Assembly (NCBI GenBank): GCA_016861165.1
Contig: BOKV01000012.1
Coordinates: 21,401-85,400 of the forward strand
Direction: 5' to 3'
DNA length: 64,000 nucleotides
DNA from: Alphaproteobacteria bacterium
GTDB taxonomy: Bacteria > Pseudomonadota > Alphaproteobacteria > Rhizobiales > Rhizobiaceae
The translations under genes were made by a program, and so were the position numbers. The notes below the pieces were generated by a model. The model made no database searches. It saw only the letters and a program-made list of their open reading frames with translations, and was not told the DNA's origin. Positions 41,242 to 50,084 of the stretch are shown here, piece by piece (positions within the stretch are counted from its first letter, which is position 1; each line of letters starts with the position of its first letter).

Positions 41242-41862
41242 ATGGGACTGAAAATCACAACGCTTGCACGGCTACCGGAAAAGACTGACCGTGCCTTTTT
41301 TGTCTATTTTCTCGATTACGGCTGGGACGACGACCTCACACGGGCGATGTATGAAAACTTCGATATGCTTGCGGAAGTGGCGGCTGAAAATCGTGGTCTG
41401 CTAGTTGCCGGCCTTGATCGGACGGAGTTTGCCAACGAGGTGCTGAGTTGGCACCACGTTAACAACGATCCCGCCGATGACCTCCTGCCAGCCATCATGG
41501 TAACTGACGTCGAGCCACGCCTGCTGGCAGATGCCAGTGGGTTTGACTTCGGCGAGGTCCGGCAACGCCCAAGTTCACGTACGGCTTACCCCGAAAGGTT
41601 CGTTCTTATACCTCTAAGAGATATCTGCAACAGCGCTGCTGACGTTACCGAGTTATTGCAGAAGCTTGTCACGGATTTGCGCTCCGGACGCTCTCTTCCC
41701 GACTTCGAAATTTGCCGGGTGAAGGCCAAAGGGCCTGATGCTGCGGCAAACATGGTAATCCTTCAGCCAAACGTGGGCGGTATTGGTGTTGATTTGAAAG
41801 AGATTTATCGCTGGTCCAAAGAGAAATGGCAGTCGCTGTCGGCTGGTGGCGAGAAGTTGTGA
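41242..41862 (+). CDS. Hypothetical protein of 206 aa, no recognisable family; foreign composition
   Basis: GAGGGAG Shine-Dalgarno 4 nt upstream of the ATG, which lies 8 nt after the vapC2 stop. The first 60 nt are 48% GC and GC3 is about 50% by eye, against roughly 90% GC3 in flanking core genes. The stop overlaps the ruvB GTG. Confidence 0.7.
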   Translation: MGLKITTLARLPEKTDRAFFVYFLDYGWDDDLTRAMYENFDMLAEVAAENRGLLVAGLDRTEFANEVLSWHHVNNDPADDLLPAIMVTDVEPRLLADASGFDFGEVRQRPSSRTAYPERFVLIPLRDICNSAADVTELLQKLVTDLRSGRSLPDFEICRVKAKGPDAAANMVILQPNVGGIGVDLKEIYRWSKEKWQSLSAGGEKL

Positions 41863-42896
41863 GCAACCCGCCCCGCCTGGTCTCGGCCGATGAGCGCGGC
41901 GACGATCTCGATGCGTCGCTGAGACCGCAGTCGCTCGCCGATTTCGTCGGGCAGGCGCAGGCACGCGAGAACCTCAAGGTGTTCATCGAGGCGGCCAAGA
42001 AGCGCGGCGAGGCGCTCGATCATGTGCTGTTCGTCGGCCCGCCGGGGCTCGGCAAGACGACGCTCGCCCAGATCATGGCGCGCGAGCTCGGCGTCAATTT
42101 CCGCGCCACTTCCGGACCGGTGATCGCCAAGGCCGGCGACCTCGCCGCGCTGCTCACCAATCTCGACGAGAACGATGTGCTGTTCATCGACGAGGTGCAC
42201 CGGCTCAACCCCGCGGTCGAGGAGATCCTCTATCCGGCGATGGAGGACTTCCAGCTCGACCTCATCATCGGCGAGGGGCCGGCGGCGCGCTCGGTCAAGA
42301 TCGACCTGGCGCGGTTCACCCTGATCGCGGCGACGACGCGGCTCGGGCTGCTGACGACGCCGCTGCGCGACCGCTTCGGAATTCCCGTCCGGCTGAATTT
42401 CTACACGGCCGAGGAACTGGAACTGATCGTGCGGCGCGGCGCCCGCATCATGGGGCTCGCCCTGTCGGACGACGGCGCCAGGGAAATCGCCCGGCGCGCC
42501 CGCGGCACGCCGCGCATCGCCGGCCGGCTGCTGCGCCGGGTGCGCGATTTCGCCGAGGTCGCCGCCGTTCCGGTCGTCGACGCCGGGATCGCCGACGCGG
42601 CGCTGACGCGGCTCGAGGTCGACGAGAAGGGGCTCGACCAGCTCGACCGGCGCTATCTGGACCAGATCGCCCACAATTTCGGCGGCGGGCCGGTCGGCAT
42701 CGAGACGATCGCGGCCGCCCTTTCCGAGCCGCGCGACGCCATCGAGGACATCATCGAGCCGTTCCTGATCCAGCAGGGGCTGATCCAGCGCACTCCGCGC
42801 GGGCGCATCCTCACCGCCAATGCCTGGAAGCACCTCGGACTCGAGGCGCCGGCCGATCTCGCGGCGGCGCAGATGCGGCTGTTCGAGGAGGAGTGA
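41859..42896 (+). CDS. ruvB: Holliday junction branch migration DNA helicase RuvB
   Basis: [26 protein letters not shown] matches the usual RuvB N-terminus. Walker [19 protein letters not shown] at 41859 is preferred over the listed ATG at 41826. Confidence 0.95.
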   Translation: MSNPPRLVSADERGDDLDASLRPQSLADFVGQAQARENLKVFIEAAKKRGEALDHVLFVGPPGLGKTTLAQIMARELGVNFRATSGPVIAKAGDLAALLTNLDENDVLFIDEVHRLNPAVEEILYPAMEDFQLDLIIGEGPAARSVKIDLARFTLIAATTRLGLLTTPLRDRFGIPVRLNFYTAEELELIVRRGARIMGLALSDDGAREIARRARGTPRIAGRLLRRVRDFAEVAAVPVVDAGIADAALTRLEVDEKGLDQLDRRYLDQIAHNFGGGPVGIETIAAALSEPRDAIEDIIEPFLIQQGLIQRTPRGRILTANAWKHLGLEAPADLAAAQMRLFEEE

Positions 42897-42900
42897 GCGA

Positions 42901-43290
42901 ATTGCGAGACTGCCGCTCGACGCACCTATCCTGCTCGCGGCGATGCGGGCGGATGTGCACAGGCTGCAAACGGCCATCGCATCCATGTTGACCGAGCGGA
43001 GCGATCCGGTATTCGTCGGTGTCGCGAGCCTCGGGGAAATCGCGGTCAGGACGCGCCCTGGCAAGCCCGACAGCCCGGTCCCGCCGGCGGAGTTCGGTGG
43101 TTGCCTGGCAAATGCGGGCTGTCAGCTCCCGCCGATCAAGGCTACGGACGTCGTGACGGAGGTGCCGCCGGCTCCCGCAAGCCGATACCCCTTCGACCGG
43201 CTGCTGCTTGCCCAGTGCGCGGCCGAGGGCATGCGGCTGATCACGCTCGACCGGTCGCTCGCCGGCCATCCGCTTTGCGCCACGAGGTAA
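42901..43290 (+). pseudogene. Orphan, probably degenerate PIN-domain (COG3744-type VapC) gene with no canonical start and no antitoxin
   Basis: (I)ARLPLDAPILL...VGVASLGEIAV...YPFDRLLLAQC...LITLD aligns to the LLLDTH / SxWEIAIK / DPFDR / TxD pattern. The DPFDR Asp is replaced by Tyr. The only in-frame ATG (42820) lies 77 nt inside ruvB. GC3 is relaxed. Confidence 0.5.
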
Positions 43291-43294
43291 ACCC

Positions 43295-43750
43295 ATGTCG
43301 CGAGACAAGACCGTTCTCGCCAATCGGCTCATTCCCGACGGCCACGAGATGGAGGTGCGCGTCTACTACGAGGACACCGACTTCTCCGGCGTCGTCTACC
43401 ACTCCAACTATCTCAAATACATGGAGCGTTCGCGCACCGAGTGGCTGCGCCACCTGAAGATATTCCACACCGATTTGGAGAAGGACGACAGCGCCTTCGC
43501 CATCCACCGCATGAGCCTCAAATACGGGCCGCCGGCCAGGATCGACGACCTGCTCACCGTGCGCACCACGCTGCAGAAGCTGACCGGCGCCCGGTCGTTC
43601 CTGCGCCAGGAAGTATGGCGCACCGAGCCCGATGGTTCGCAGACGTTGTTGTGCGGCGCCGATGTCGAGGTCGCCTTCATCAACCATGGCGGCGGCGCCA
43701 AGCGCTTTCCCGACGACCTGCGCGCCCGGCTCACCGGGGAGGGCGGATGA
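43295..43750 (+). CDS. ybgC: Tol-Pal-associated acyl-CoA thioesterase YbgC
   Basis: VRVYYEDTDFSGVVYHSNYLKYMERSRTEWL is a 4HBT hotdog motif. Confidence 0.9.
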   Translation: MSRDKTVLANRLIPDGHEMEVRVYYEDTDFSGVVYHSNYLKYMERSRTEWLRHLKIFHTDLEKDDSAFAIHRMSLKYGPPARIDDLLTVRTTLQKLTGARSFLRQEVWRTEPDGSQTLLCGADVEVAFINHGGGAKRFPDDLRARLTGEGG

Positions 43751-43985
43751 CCGCCAACGGAACGGCAGCAACGCTTTCTTAACCCTAACGAGGCTCTAAT
43801 GGCGCCGGGCCGGCCGGCAGGCGGCCCCGCACGTCATGCTTTGGACAAGATTGTCCGGTCTTGACGAGCGCCAGGGACGGGAACGGGCTGGATGGTGCGG
43901 GCAGGACGCTGGACGTGCCGGCCCGGATGTTGCCGCCCCGCCAGGCTTTCCGCGCATCGTCGGTTCTTCGAAGGGGCCCGCATCC

Positions 43986-44750
43986 ATGACCGGGATGGAA
44001 ATATTCGGTATCGCCCCGGCCTATGCCCAGGAGGTGGCGACGGGGACGCTGGCCACGGCCGGCGAGCGCGTCACGCTGCTCGCCTTGTTCTGGCAGGCCG
44101 GCCTGGTGGTCAAGATCGTCATGATCGGGCTGCTGCTCGCCTCGATCTGGACCTGGGCAATCATCTTCGACAAGATGCTGGCCTTCGCGCGCGCCCGGCG
44201 CCAGCTCGACCGCTTCGAGAAGGTGTTCTGGTCGGGCCAGAGCCTGGAGGAGCTCTACCGCTCGCTCGCCGACCGCAACCCCACCGGCATGGGCGCCATC
44301 TTCGTCGCCGCCATGCGCGAATGGAAGAAGAGCTTCGAGCGCGGCGCCTCTTCGCCGATCGGCCTGCAGATGCGCATCGAGAAGGCCATGGACGTGGCCC
44401 TGGCGCGCGAGAGCGAGCGGCTCGAAGGGCGGCTGATGTTCCTGGCCACCGTCGGCTCCTCGTCACCCTTCATCGGCCTGTTCGGAACGGTTGTCGGCAT
44501 CATGACATCGTTCCAGGCGATCGCCGGCTCCAAATCGACCAATCTGGCGGTGGTGGCGCCCGGCATCGCCGAGGCGCTGCTGGCGACGGCGCTCGGGCTG
44601 CTGGCGGCCATTCCGGCGGTCGTCGCCTACAACAAGTTCTCGACCGACGCGGCCAAGATAACCGCGCGTATGGAGGGCTTTGCCGACGAGTTTGCCGCCA
44701 TACTTTCGCGACAGATCGATGAGAAAACGCGGGCGCGTGCTGCCGAGTGA
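43986..44750 (+). CDS. tolQ: Tol-Pal system protein TolQ
   Basis: MotA/TolQ/ExbB core: LATVGSSSPFIGLFGTVVGIM, APGIAEALLATALGL. ATG at 43986 (alternative 43995). Confidence 0.9.
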   Translation: MTGMEIFGIAPAYAQEVATGTLATAGERVTLLALFWQAGLVVKIVMIGLLLASIWTWAIIFDKMLAFARARRQLDRFEKVFWSGQSLEELYRSLADRNPTGMGAIFVAAMREWKKSFERGASSPIGLQMRIEKAMDVALARESERLEGRLMFLATVGSSSPFIGLFGTVVGIMTSFQAIAGSKSTNLAVVAPGIAEALLATALGLLAAIPAVVAYNKFSTDAAKITARMEGFADEFAAILSRQIDEKTRARAAE

Positions 44751-44791
44751 GGCCACAGCCCGGCCGGGACGACAGGAAGGCCTGACCAGCA

Positions 44792-45244
44792 ATGGCGATT
44801 TCAGCAGCAAGCCAGTCGACGGCAGGCGGACGCAGGCGGCGCTCCCGGCGCTACCGGCCGATGAGCGAGATCAACGTCACGCCCTTCGTCGACGTCATGC
44901 TGGTGCTGCTCATCATCTTCATGGTTGCCGCGCCGCTGTTGACCGTCGGCGTGCCGATCGACCTGCCCGAGACCCAGGCCAACGCGCTCAACTCGGAGAC
45001 CCAGCCGATCACGATCTCGGTCAACGAACAAGGCCAGGTCTTCCTGCAGGAGACCGAGGTGCCGATCGACGAGGTGGTGGCCAAGCTGGAGGCGATCGCG
45101 CGCAGCGGCTACGACGAGCGCATCTATGTGCGCGGCGACCGCTCGGCCGATTACGGCACGGTGATGCGGGTGATGGCGCGCATCTCGGCGGCCGGCTACC
45201 GCAGGATCGGGCTGGTGACGCTGCAGGAGCAGACCGAGCGATGA
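44792..45244 (+). CDS. tolR: Tol-Pal system protein TolR (ExbD/TolR family)
   Basis: [21 protein letters not shown] with the conserved Asp. Confidence 0.9.
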   Translation: MAISAASQSTAGGRRRRSRRYRPMSEINVTPFVDVMLVLLIIFMVAAPLLTVGVPIDLPETQANALNSETQPITISVNEQGQVFLQETEVPIDEVVAKLEAIARSGYDERIYVRGDRSADYGTVMRVMARISAAGYRRIGLVTLQEQTER

Positions 45245-45276
45245 GTGTCGCCGGAGCGATCGCGGACTGAAGAGGG

Positions 45277-46329
45277 ATGAAGGGATCGGTCACCGTCTCC
45301 AGCCTGGCGCATGTCGCCATCCTCGCCTGGGGCATGATCTCCCTGTCGGGGCCCAGGCCGCTGGTGGTCGCCGATGTCGAGGCGCTCCCGATCGACATCA
45401 TCCCGATCGAGGAAATGACCCATTCCGTCCAGGGCGAGAAGAAGGCGGCGCTCGCCGAGAAGCCGGCGCCGCGGCCGACCGAACGCACCGACGTGATCCC
45501 CGAGGCCCGCAATGTCGGCGAGGCCAGGGCCGATACCCCGTCGCAGCAATCGGAAGCCGAAAAGCCGGTGCCCGTCGAGACAAACCGCGCCGAGGCGCCG
45601 CCTCCGGCGCCCGAGCCGCTGCCGGCGCCCGACATCAGGCCCGAACCGGTGACCGAGCGGGCGGCCGACCAGCCGACCCCGACGACCGAACTGGCGGCGC
45701 TCAACCAGCCGCCGGTGCCGGTCGCCGAGGAACCGTCGCCGGAAGCGCCGCCGCTCGACGCGGCCAGCACCGAGGAATTCGCCAGGCTGCCCGAGACGGC
45801 GCCCGTTCCGGTGCAGCGGCCGAAGCCGCGCTCGGCCGAGACCCAGGAGCGCCGGCAGCCCAGGGACCAGCCCAGGCCGCAGCCGACGGCGAGTTCGCCG
45901 AGCCAGGACAAGTCCACGCAGGACAAGATCGCGGCCCTGCTCAACAAGGAACAGCCGACGACCGGTGGCGCCAGGCGTTCGGCCGAGCCGGAATCGATCG
46001 GCACCAGGCGACCAAGCAACGCGGTCAAGCTCAGCCAGAGCGAAATGGACGCGCTGCGCTCCAAGATCCAGGGCTGCTGGTCGGTGCCGATCGGCCTGGC
46101 CGGCGCCGAGGAGATGCGCGTGACGATCACGATGCGGCTCACCCGCGACGGCCAGATCGACGGCAGTCCGACGGTCGAGGCAACGGGCGGCGAGGACAGC
46201 ACGCGGCGCAGCTTCGCCGAGAGCGCGCAGCGCGCGGTGCTGCGCTGCCAGCCTTACGAACTGCCCGCCGAAAAATACGAGACCTGGGCCGACGTGGTCG
46301 TCAATTTCGACCCGAGCCAGATGTTCTGA
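45277..46329 (+). CDS. tolA: Cell envelope integrity protein TolA
   Basis: N-terminal TM, long Pro/Ala/Glu-rich linker, C-terminal TolA III-like domain (IQGCWSVP...VVNFDP). Confidence 0.85.
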   Translation: MKGSVTVSSLAHVAILAWGMISLSGPRPLVVADVEALPIDIIPIEEMTHSVQGEKKAALAEKPAPRPTERTDVIPEARNVGEARADTPSQQSEAEKPVPVETNRAEAPPPAPEPLPAPDIRPEPVTERAADQPTPTTELAALNQPPVPVAEEPSPEAPPLDAASTEEFARLPETAPVPVQRPKPRSAETQERRQPRDQPRPQPTASSPSQDKSTQDKIAALLNKEQPTTGGARRSAEPESIGTRRPSNAVKLSQSEMDALRSKIQGCWSVPIGLAGAEEMRVTITMRLTRDGQIDGSPTVEATGGEDSTRRSFAESAQRAVLRCQPYELPAEKYETWADVVVNFDPSQMF

Positions 46330-46352
46330 CCGTTCAGGAGAGAATCGCCGAC

Positions 46353-47685
46353 ATGCCGATTGCCAGAGCGCTTGCGTTTGTCCGTCGCCTGCCCGGCCTG
46401 CCGGGGCGGCCCGCCCCGCTGCTTGGCCTGCTGTGCGCCCTGATGGCCGCCTCGCCGGCCGCAGCGCTGGTCGAGATCGACATCACCAAGGGCAATGTCG
46501 AGCCGCTGCCGATCGCCATCACCGATTTCGCCGGCGACCAGGTCGCGCGCGACATCGCCGGTGTGGTCGAGGCCGATCTGAGGAATTCCGGCCTGTTCCG
46601 GCCGATCGAGAAGGCGGCGTTCATCGACCGCATCAGCGGCGTTGACGGCGTGCCGCGCTTCCAGGACTGGAAGGTGATCAACGCCCAGGCACTGGTGACC
46701 GGCAGGGTCAGCCAGGAGCCGGACGGCCGGCTGAAAGCCGAGTTCCGGCTGTGGGACGTCTTCGCCGCCCAGCAGATGGTTGGCCAGCAGTTCTTCACCA
46801 ATCCGCAGAACTGGCGCCGCGTCGCCCACATCATCGCCGACGCCATCTACGAGCGCCTGACGGGCGAGAAGGGCTATTTCGACACCCGCATCGTCTTTGT
46901 CGACGAGACCGGGCCGAAGGAGAAGCGCGTCAAGCGGCTGGCGATCATGGACCAGGACGGCGACAATGTGCGCATCCTGACGACCGGCAGCGAACTGGTG
47001 CTGACGCCGCGCTTCTCGCCGACCCGGCAGGAAATCACCTACATGTCCTATGCCGGCGGCAACCCCCGGGTCTATCTGCTGCAGATCGAGACAGGCCAGC
47101 GCGAACTGGTCACCAATTTCCCCAACATGACGTTCAGCCCGCGCTTCTCGCCCGACGGCCAGAAGATCATCATGAGCCTGCAGCAGAACGAGAACTCCAA
47201 CATCTATGTGATGGACCTGCGCTCGCGGGCGATGACGCGGCTCACCAATACGGCGGCAATCGACACCGCGCCGTCCTATTCGCCCGACGGCAACCGGATC
47301 GTGTTCGAGTCGGACCGCGGCGGCCGCCAGCAGCTCTATGTGATGAACGCCGATGGCTCCAACCAGCAGCGCATCTCCTTCGGCGACGGCACCTACGACG
47401 CCGGTGTGGTCGCCGCGCGGCGACCTGATCGCCTTCACCAAGCGCTCCGGCGGCCAGTTCTCCATCGGCGTCATGCGGCCCGACGGCTCGGCCGAGCGCA
47501 TCCTGACGGAGGGCTATCACAACGAGGGGCCGACCTGGGCGCCGAACGGCCGGGTGCTGATGTTCTTCCGCGACGTGGCGGGTGGACCGCAGATCTATTC
47601 CATTGATCTGACCGGCTACAACGAGCGGCGCGTGCCGACGCCCAACCACGCCTCCGATCCGGCCTGGTCGCCGCTGCTCGACTGA
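46353..47685 (+). pseudogene. tolB: tolB interrupted by a +1 frame break near 47397 (real pseudogene or assembly indel)
   Basis: ORF 46353..47606 is TolB up to ..[10 protein letters not shown]. The conserved continuation [15 protein letters not shown]...[10 protein letters not shown] is in ORF 47353..47685, one frame over. DNA reads tac-g-acg-ccg-gtg-tgg. Confidence 0.85.
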
Positions 47686-47877
47686 AGAAGGCGAGCCTGA
47701 GACGCGCCGCTTTTTGGCCAAATTGAAATGATGAAAGCGCGCGTCGGCGGGGGCAGCCGGATTTCTTCAGCTAATCGCGACCGACAATTGCCAGCGATTA
47801 ACCGTGTTTCTTGAGTTGCCATTAACCGGAACATGGTTATTGAGCGGTTTCGAAATTCCCTCAAGGAGTAGAAGCAG

Positions 47878-48375
47878 ATGCCAGCAGCCGTGGCGCAACC
47901 GATGCTCAAACTTCCCGCCATCGCGCTGATCGTGGCAGGACTTGCGCTGGCCGGCTGCGCCAAGCAGCAGCTTCCCGACAACGCCAGCCAGCTCGGTCTG
48001 GCAACGCCCGGCTCGCAGCAGGACTTCACCGTGAATGTCGGCGACCGCGTTTTCTTCGAGACCGATTCTTCCGCGCTGACCCAGCAGGCGCGCGCCACGC
48101 TCGACAAGCAGGCGCAGTGGCTGGCGCGCTACACCAACCACCCGATCACCATCGAGGGGCATGCCGACGAGCGCGGCACACGCGAGTACAACCTGGCGCT
48201 TGGCGCCCGCCGGGCGGCGGCCACGCGCGACTATCTGGCCGCCCGCGGCGTACCGGCGAACCGGATGCGGACCATCTCCTACGGCAAGGAGCGGCCGGTG
48301 GCCGTCTGCAACGACATCTCGTGCTGGTCGCAGAACCGCCGCGCCGTCACGGTGCTGGCGGCGCCGACCGGCTGA
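47878..48375 (+). CDS. pal: Peptidoglycan-associated lipoprotein Pal
   Basis: Lipobox LALAGC. OmpA_C motifs GHADERGTREYNLALGARRA, NRRAV. AAGGAG Shine-Dalgarno. Confidence 0.95.
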   Translation: MPAAVAQPMLKLPAIALIVAGLALAGCAKQQLPDNASQLGLATPGSQQDFTVNVGDRVFFETDSSALTQQARATLDKQAQWLARYTNHPITIEGHADERGTREYNLALGARRAAATRDYLAARGVPANRMRTISYGKERPVAVCNDISCWSQNRRAVTVLAAPTG

Positions 48376-48463
48376 CCGGCAGGCAAGCCGCCCAGTGAGC
48401 ACACGGGCGGCAGCGTGCCGGTTCGGGCGCATTTCGCCGGAAGCAGCCCGATGAACGATCCCG

Positions 48464-48904
48464 ATGAGCGATAGGCCGGAACCGGACCAGGCGGTGCGCG
48501 ACAGCTTCGCGCGGCAGAGCTTCATGACGACGCTCGGCGCCGCGCTGGTCGAGGCCGGCGCCGGCAACGTCCTGATCGCCTATGGCCGCAATGAGGCGTT
48601 CTGCCAGCAGCACGGCTATCTTCACGCCGGCGTGGCCACGGCGATCGCCGACTCGGCCTGCGGCTATGCGGCGCTGTCGATGGCGCCGCCCGGGGCCGAT
48701 GTGCTGACCATCGAGTTCAAGGTCAACTTCCTGCGCCCGGCCTCGGGCGAGCGGTTCGAGGCCCGCGGCCGCGTCGTCAAGCCGGGCGCGCAGATCAGCG
48801 TCTGCGCGGCGGAGGTCTGGGAGACGGCACCGCGGCGCCGCTTGATCGTGACGATGAGCGCCACCATGTTCATCGCCAAGGGCGGGGCGGAGACGCCGGC
48901 ATGA
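48464..48904 (+). CDS. PaaI-family (hotdog) thioesterase
   Basis: YLHAGVATAIADSACGYAA, TIEFKVNFLRPA. Confidence 0.8.
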   Translation: MSDRPEPDQAVRDSFARQSFMTTLGAALVEAGAGNVLIAYGRNEAFCQQHGYLHAGVATAIADSACGYAALSMAPPGADVLTIEFKVNFLRPASGERFEARGRVVKPGAQISVCAAEVWETAPRRRLIVTMSATMFIAKGGAETPA

Positions 48905-49046
48905 ACGCCTGGCGCGGGCATCACCAAAATTTGGCCGAACTGTTGTTGCTCATGGTCGCGATTGCGCTAGATGTGGCGAGACCGTCGACATGTCTGACCC
49001 GACTGCGAGGCGGGTTCGGCGATCGACCAGACGAGACCAGTGACCC

Positions 49047-50084
49047 ATGCGAACAGTTTGCATCCTGCCGGCGCTGCTGATGAGCGCGGCAATGGCGATC
49101 GCGGCCAGCGGGCCGGCGATGGCGGCCGCGCCCTCCCGGGCGGGGTTGGCGACCGTACCGGCGGCCGAGCGGGGGCCGGTCCATCTGGCCCAGGCGGCCG
49201 ACGCCGCCTTCCGCGTGCAGCAGCTCGAGGAGGAGGTGCGCCAGCTCAACGGCCAGATCGAGGAACTGAACTTCCAGCTCCTGCAGGTGCAGGAGCAGAT
49301 GCGCAAGATGCAGGAAGACAACGAGTTCCGCTTCCAGCAGATCGAAGGTGGCAGCAAGCGCGTGCGCAAGGGCGAAACCGCGGCGCCGCCGCAGCCGGCA
49401 CAGCCGCCGCAGCAGGTGACGGCCGCGCCGCAGCCGGCCGACGACCAGATCGCGCGCGTGCTCGAACAGGATTCCTCGGCGGGCCGCAATCCGCCACCCA
49501 CGATCGACGGGGTGGAAATCTACCAGGGCACCGGGAAGGATGACGGGCTGCGGCCGGAGACGCTGGGCAGGCTGGTGTTCGACAGCAGGGGCAATGTCGT
49601 CGATTCCCAGATTGAGAAGCCGATCGACCTGACCGGCAACGCCAACCGGCCGGACAGCAACCCGAACAGCGTCGCCTCGCTCGAACTGCCGGGTGATCCC
49701 GAGGAGCTTTACGAACTGGGTTACAGTTATGTCCAGTCTGGCGACTATGCATTGGCCGAGGATGCGTTCGAAGCCTTTTCGGAGCGCTTCCCCGACCATC
49801 CCAAGGTCGCCGAGGCGCGCTTCTGGGTCGGCGAGAGCCTGTTGTCGCGCGGCATGTACGAGGCGGCCGCCAAGGTGCTGCTCGACGCCCACAAGAAATA
49901 TCCCAACAGCCGCATGGGGCCGCAGACGCTGCTCAAGCTCGGCGTTTCGCTGTCGGGGATGAACCAGCGCGAACTCGCCTGCGCCACCTTCGCCGAGGTC
50001 GGCAAGCAGTACCCGCAGATTTCCGGCGCGATCCGGGCCAAGGTCGAAGCCGAGCAGAGCGCGGCCAGCTGCAAGGCCGGATGA
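49047..50084 (+). CDS. cpoB: Tol-Pal system protein CpoB/YbgF
   Basis: Signal peptide, coiled coil (VQQLEEEVRQLNGQIEELNFQL), C-terminal TPR (YELGYSYVQSGDYALAEDAFEAF). Confidence 0.85.
   Translation: MRTVCILPALLMSAAMAIAASGPAMAAAPSRAGLATVPAAERGPVHLAQAADAAFRVQQLEEEVRQLNGQIEELNFQLLQVQEQMRKMQEDNEFRFQQIEGGSKRVRKGETAAPPQPAQPPQQVTAAPQPADDQIARVLEQDSSAGRNPPPTIDGVEIYQGTGKDDGLRPETLGRLVFDSRGNVVDSQIEKPIDLTGNANRPDSNPNSVASLELPGDPEELYELGYSYVQSGDYALAEDAFEAFSERFPDHPKVAEARFWVGESLLSRGMYEAAAKVLLDAHKKYPNSRMGPQTLLKLGVSLSGMNQRELACATFAEVGKQYPQISGAIRAKVEAEQSAASCKAG

Noticed and set aside
47390-47405. Programmed +1 frameshifting as an explanation for the tolB frame break.
   Set aside because: There is no slippery sequence, no rare or stop codon in the 0 frame at the site, and no upstream Shine-Dalgarno-like stimulator as in prfB.
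47800-47850. TTAACC repeats upstream of pal as CtrA boxes.
   Set aside because: The TTAA half-sites are 20 nt apart, and the N7 partners are TCTT and ATGG. These are half-sites only.
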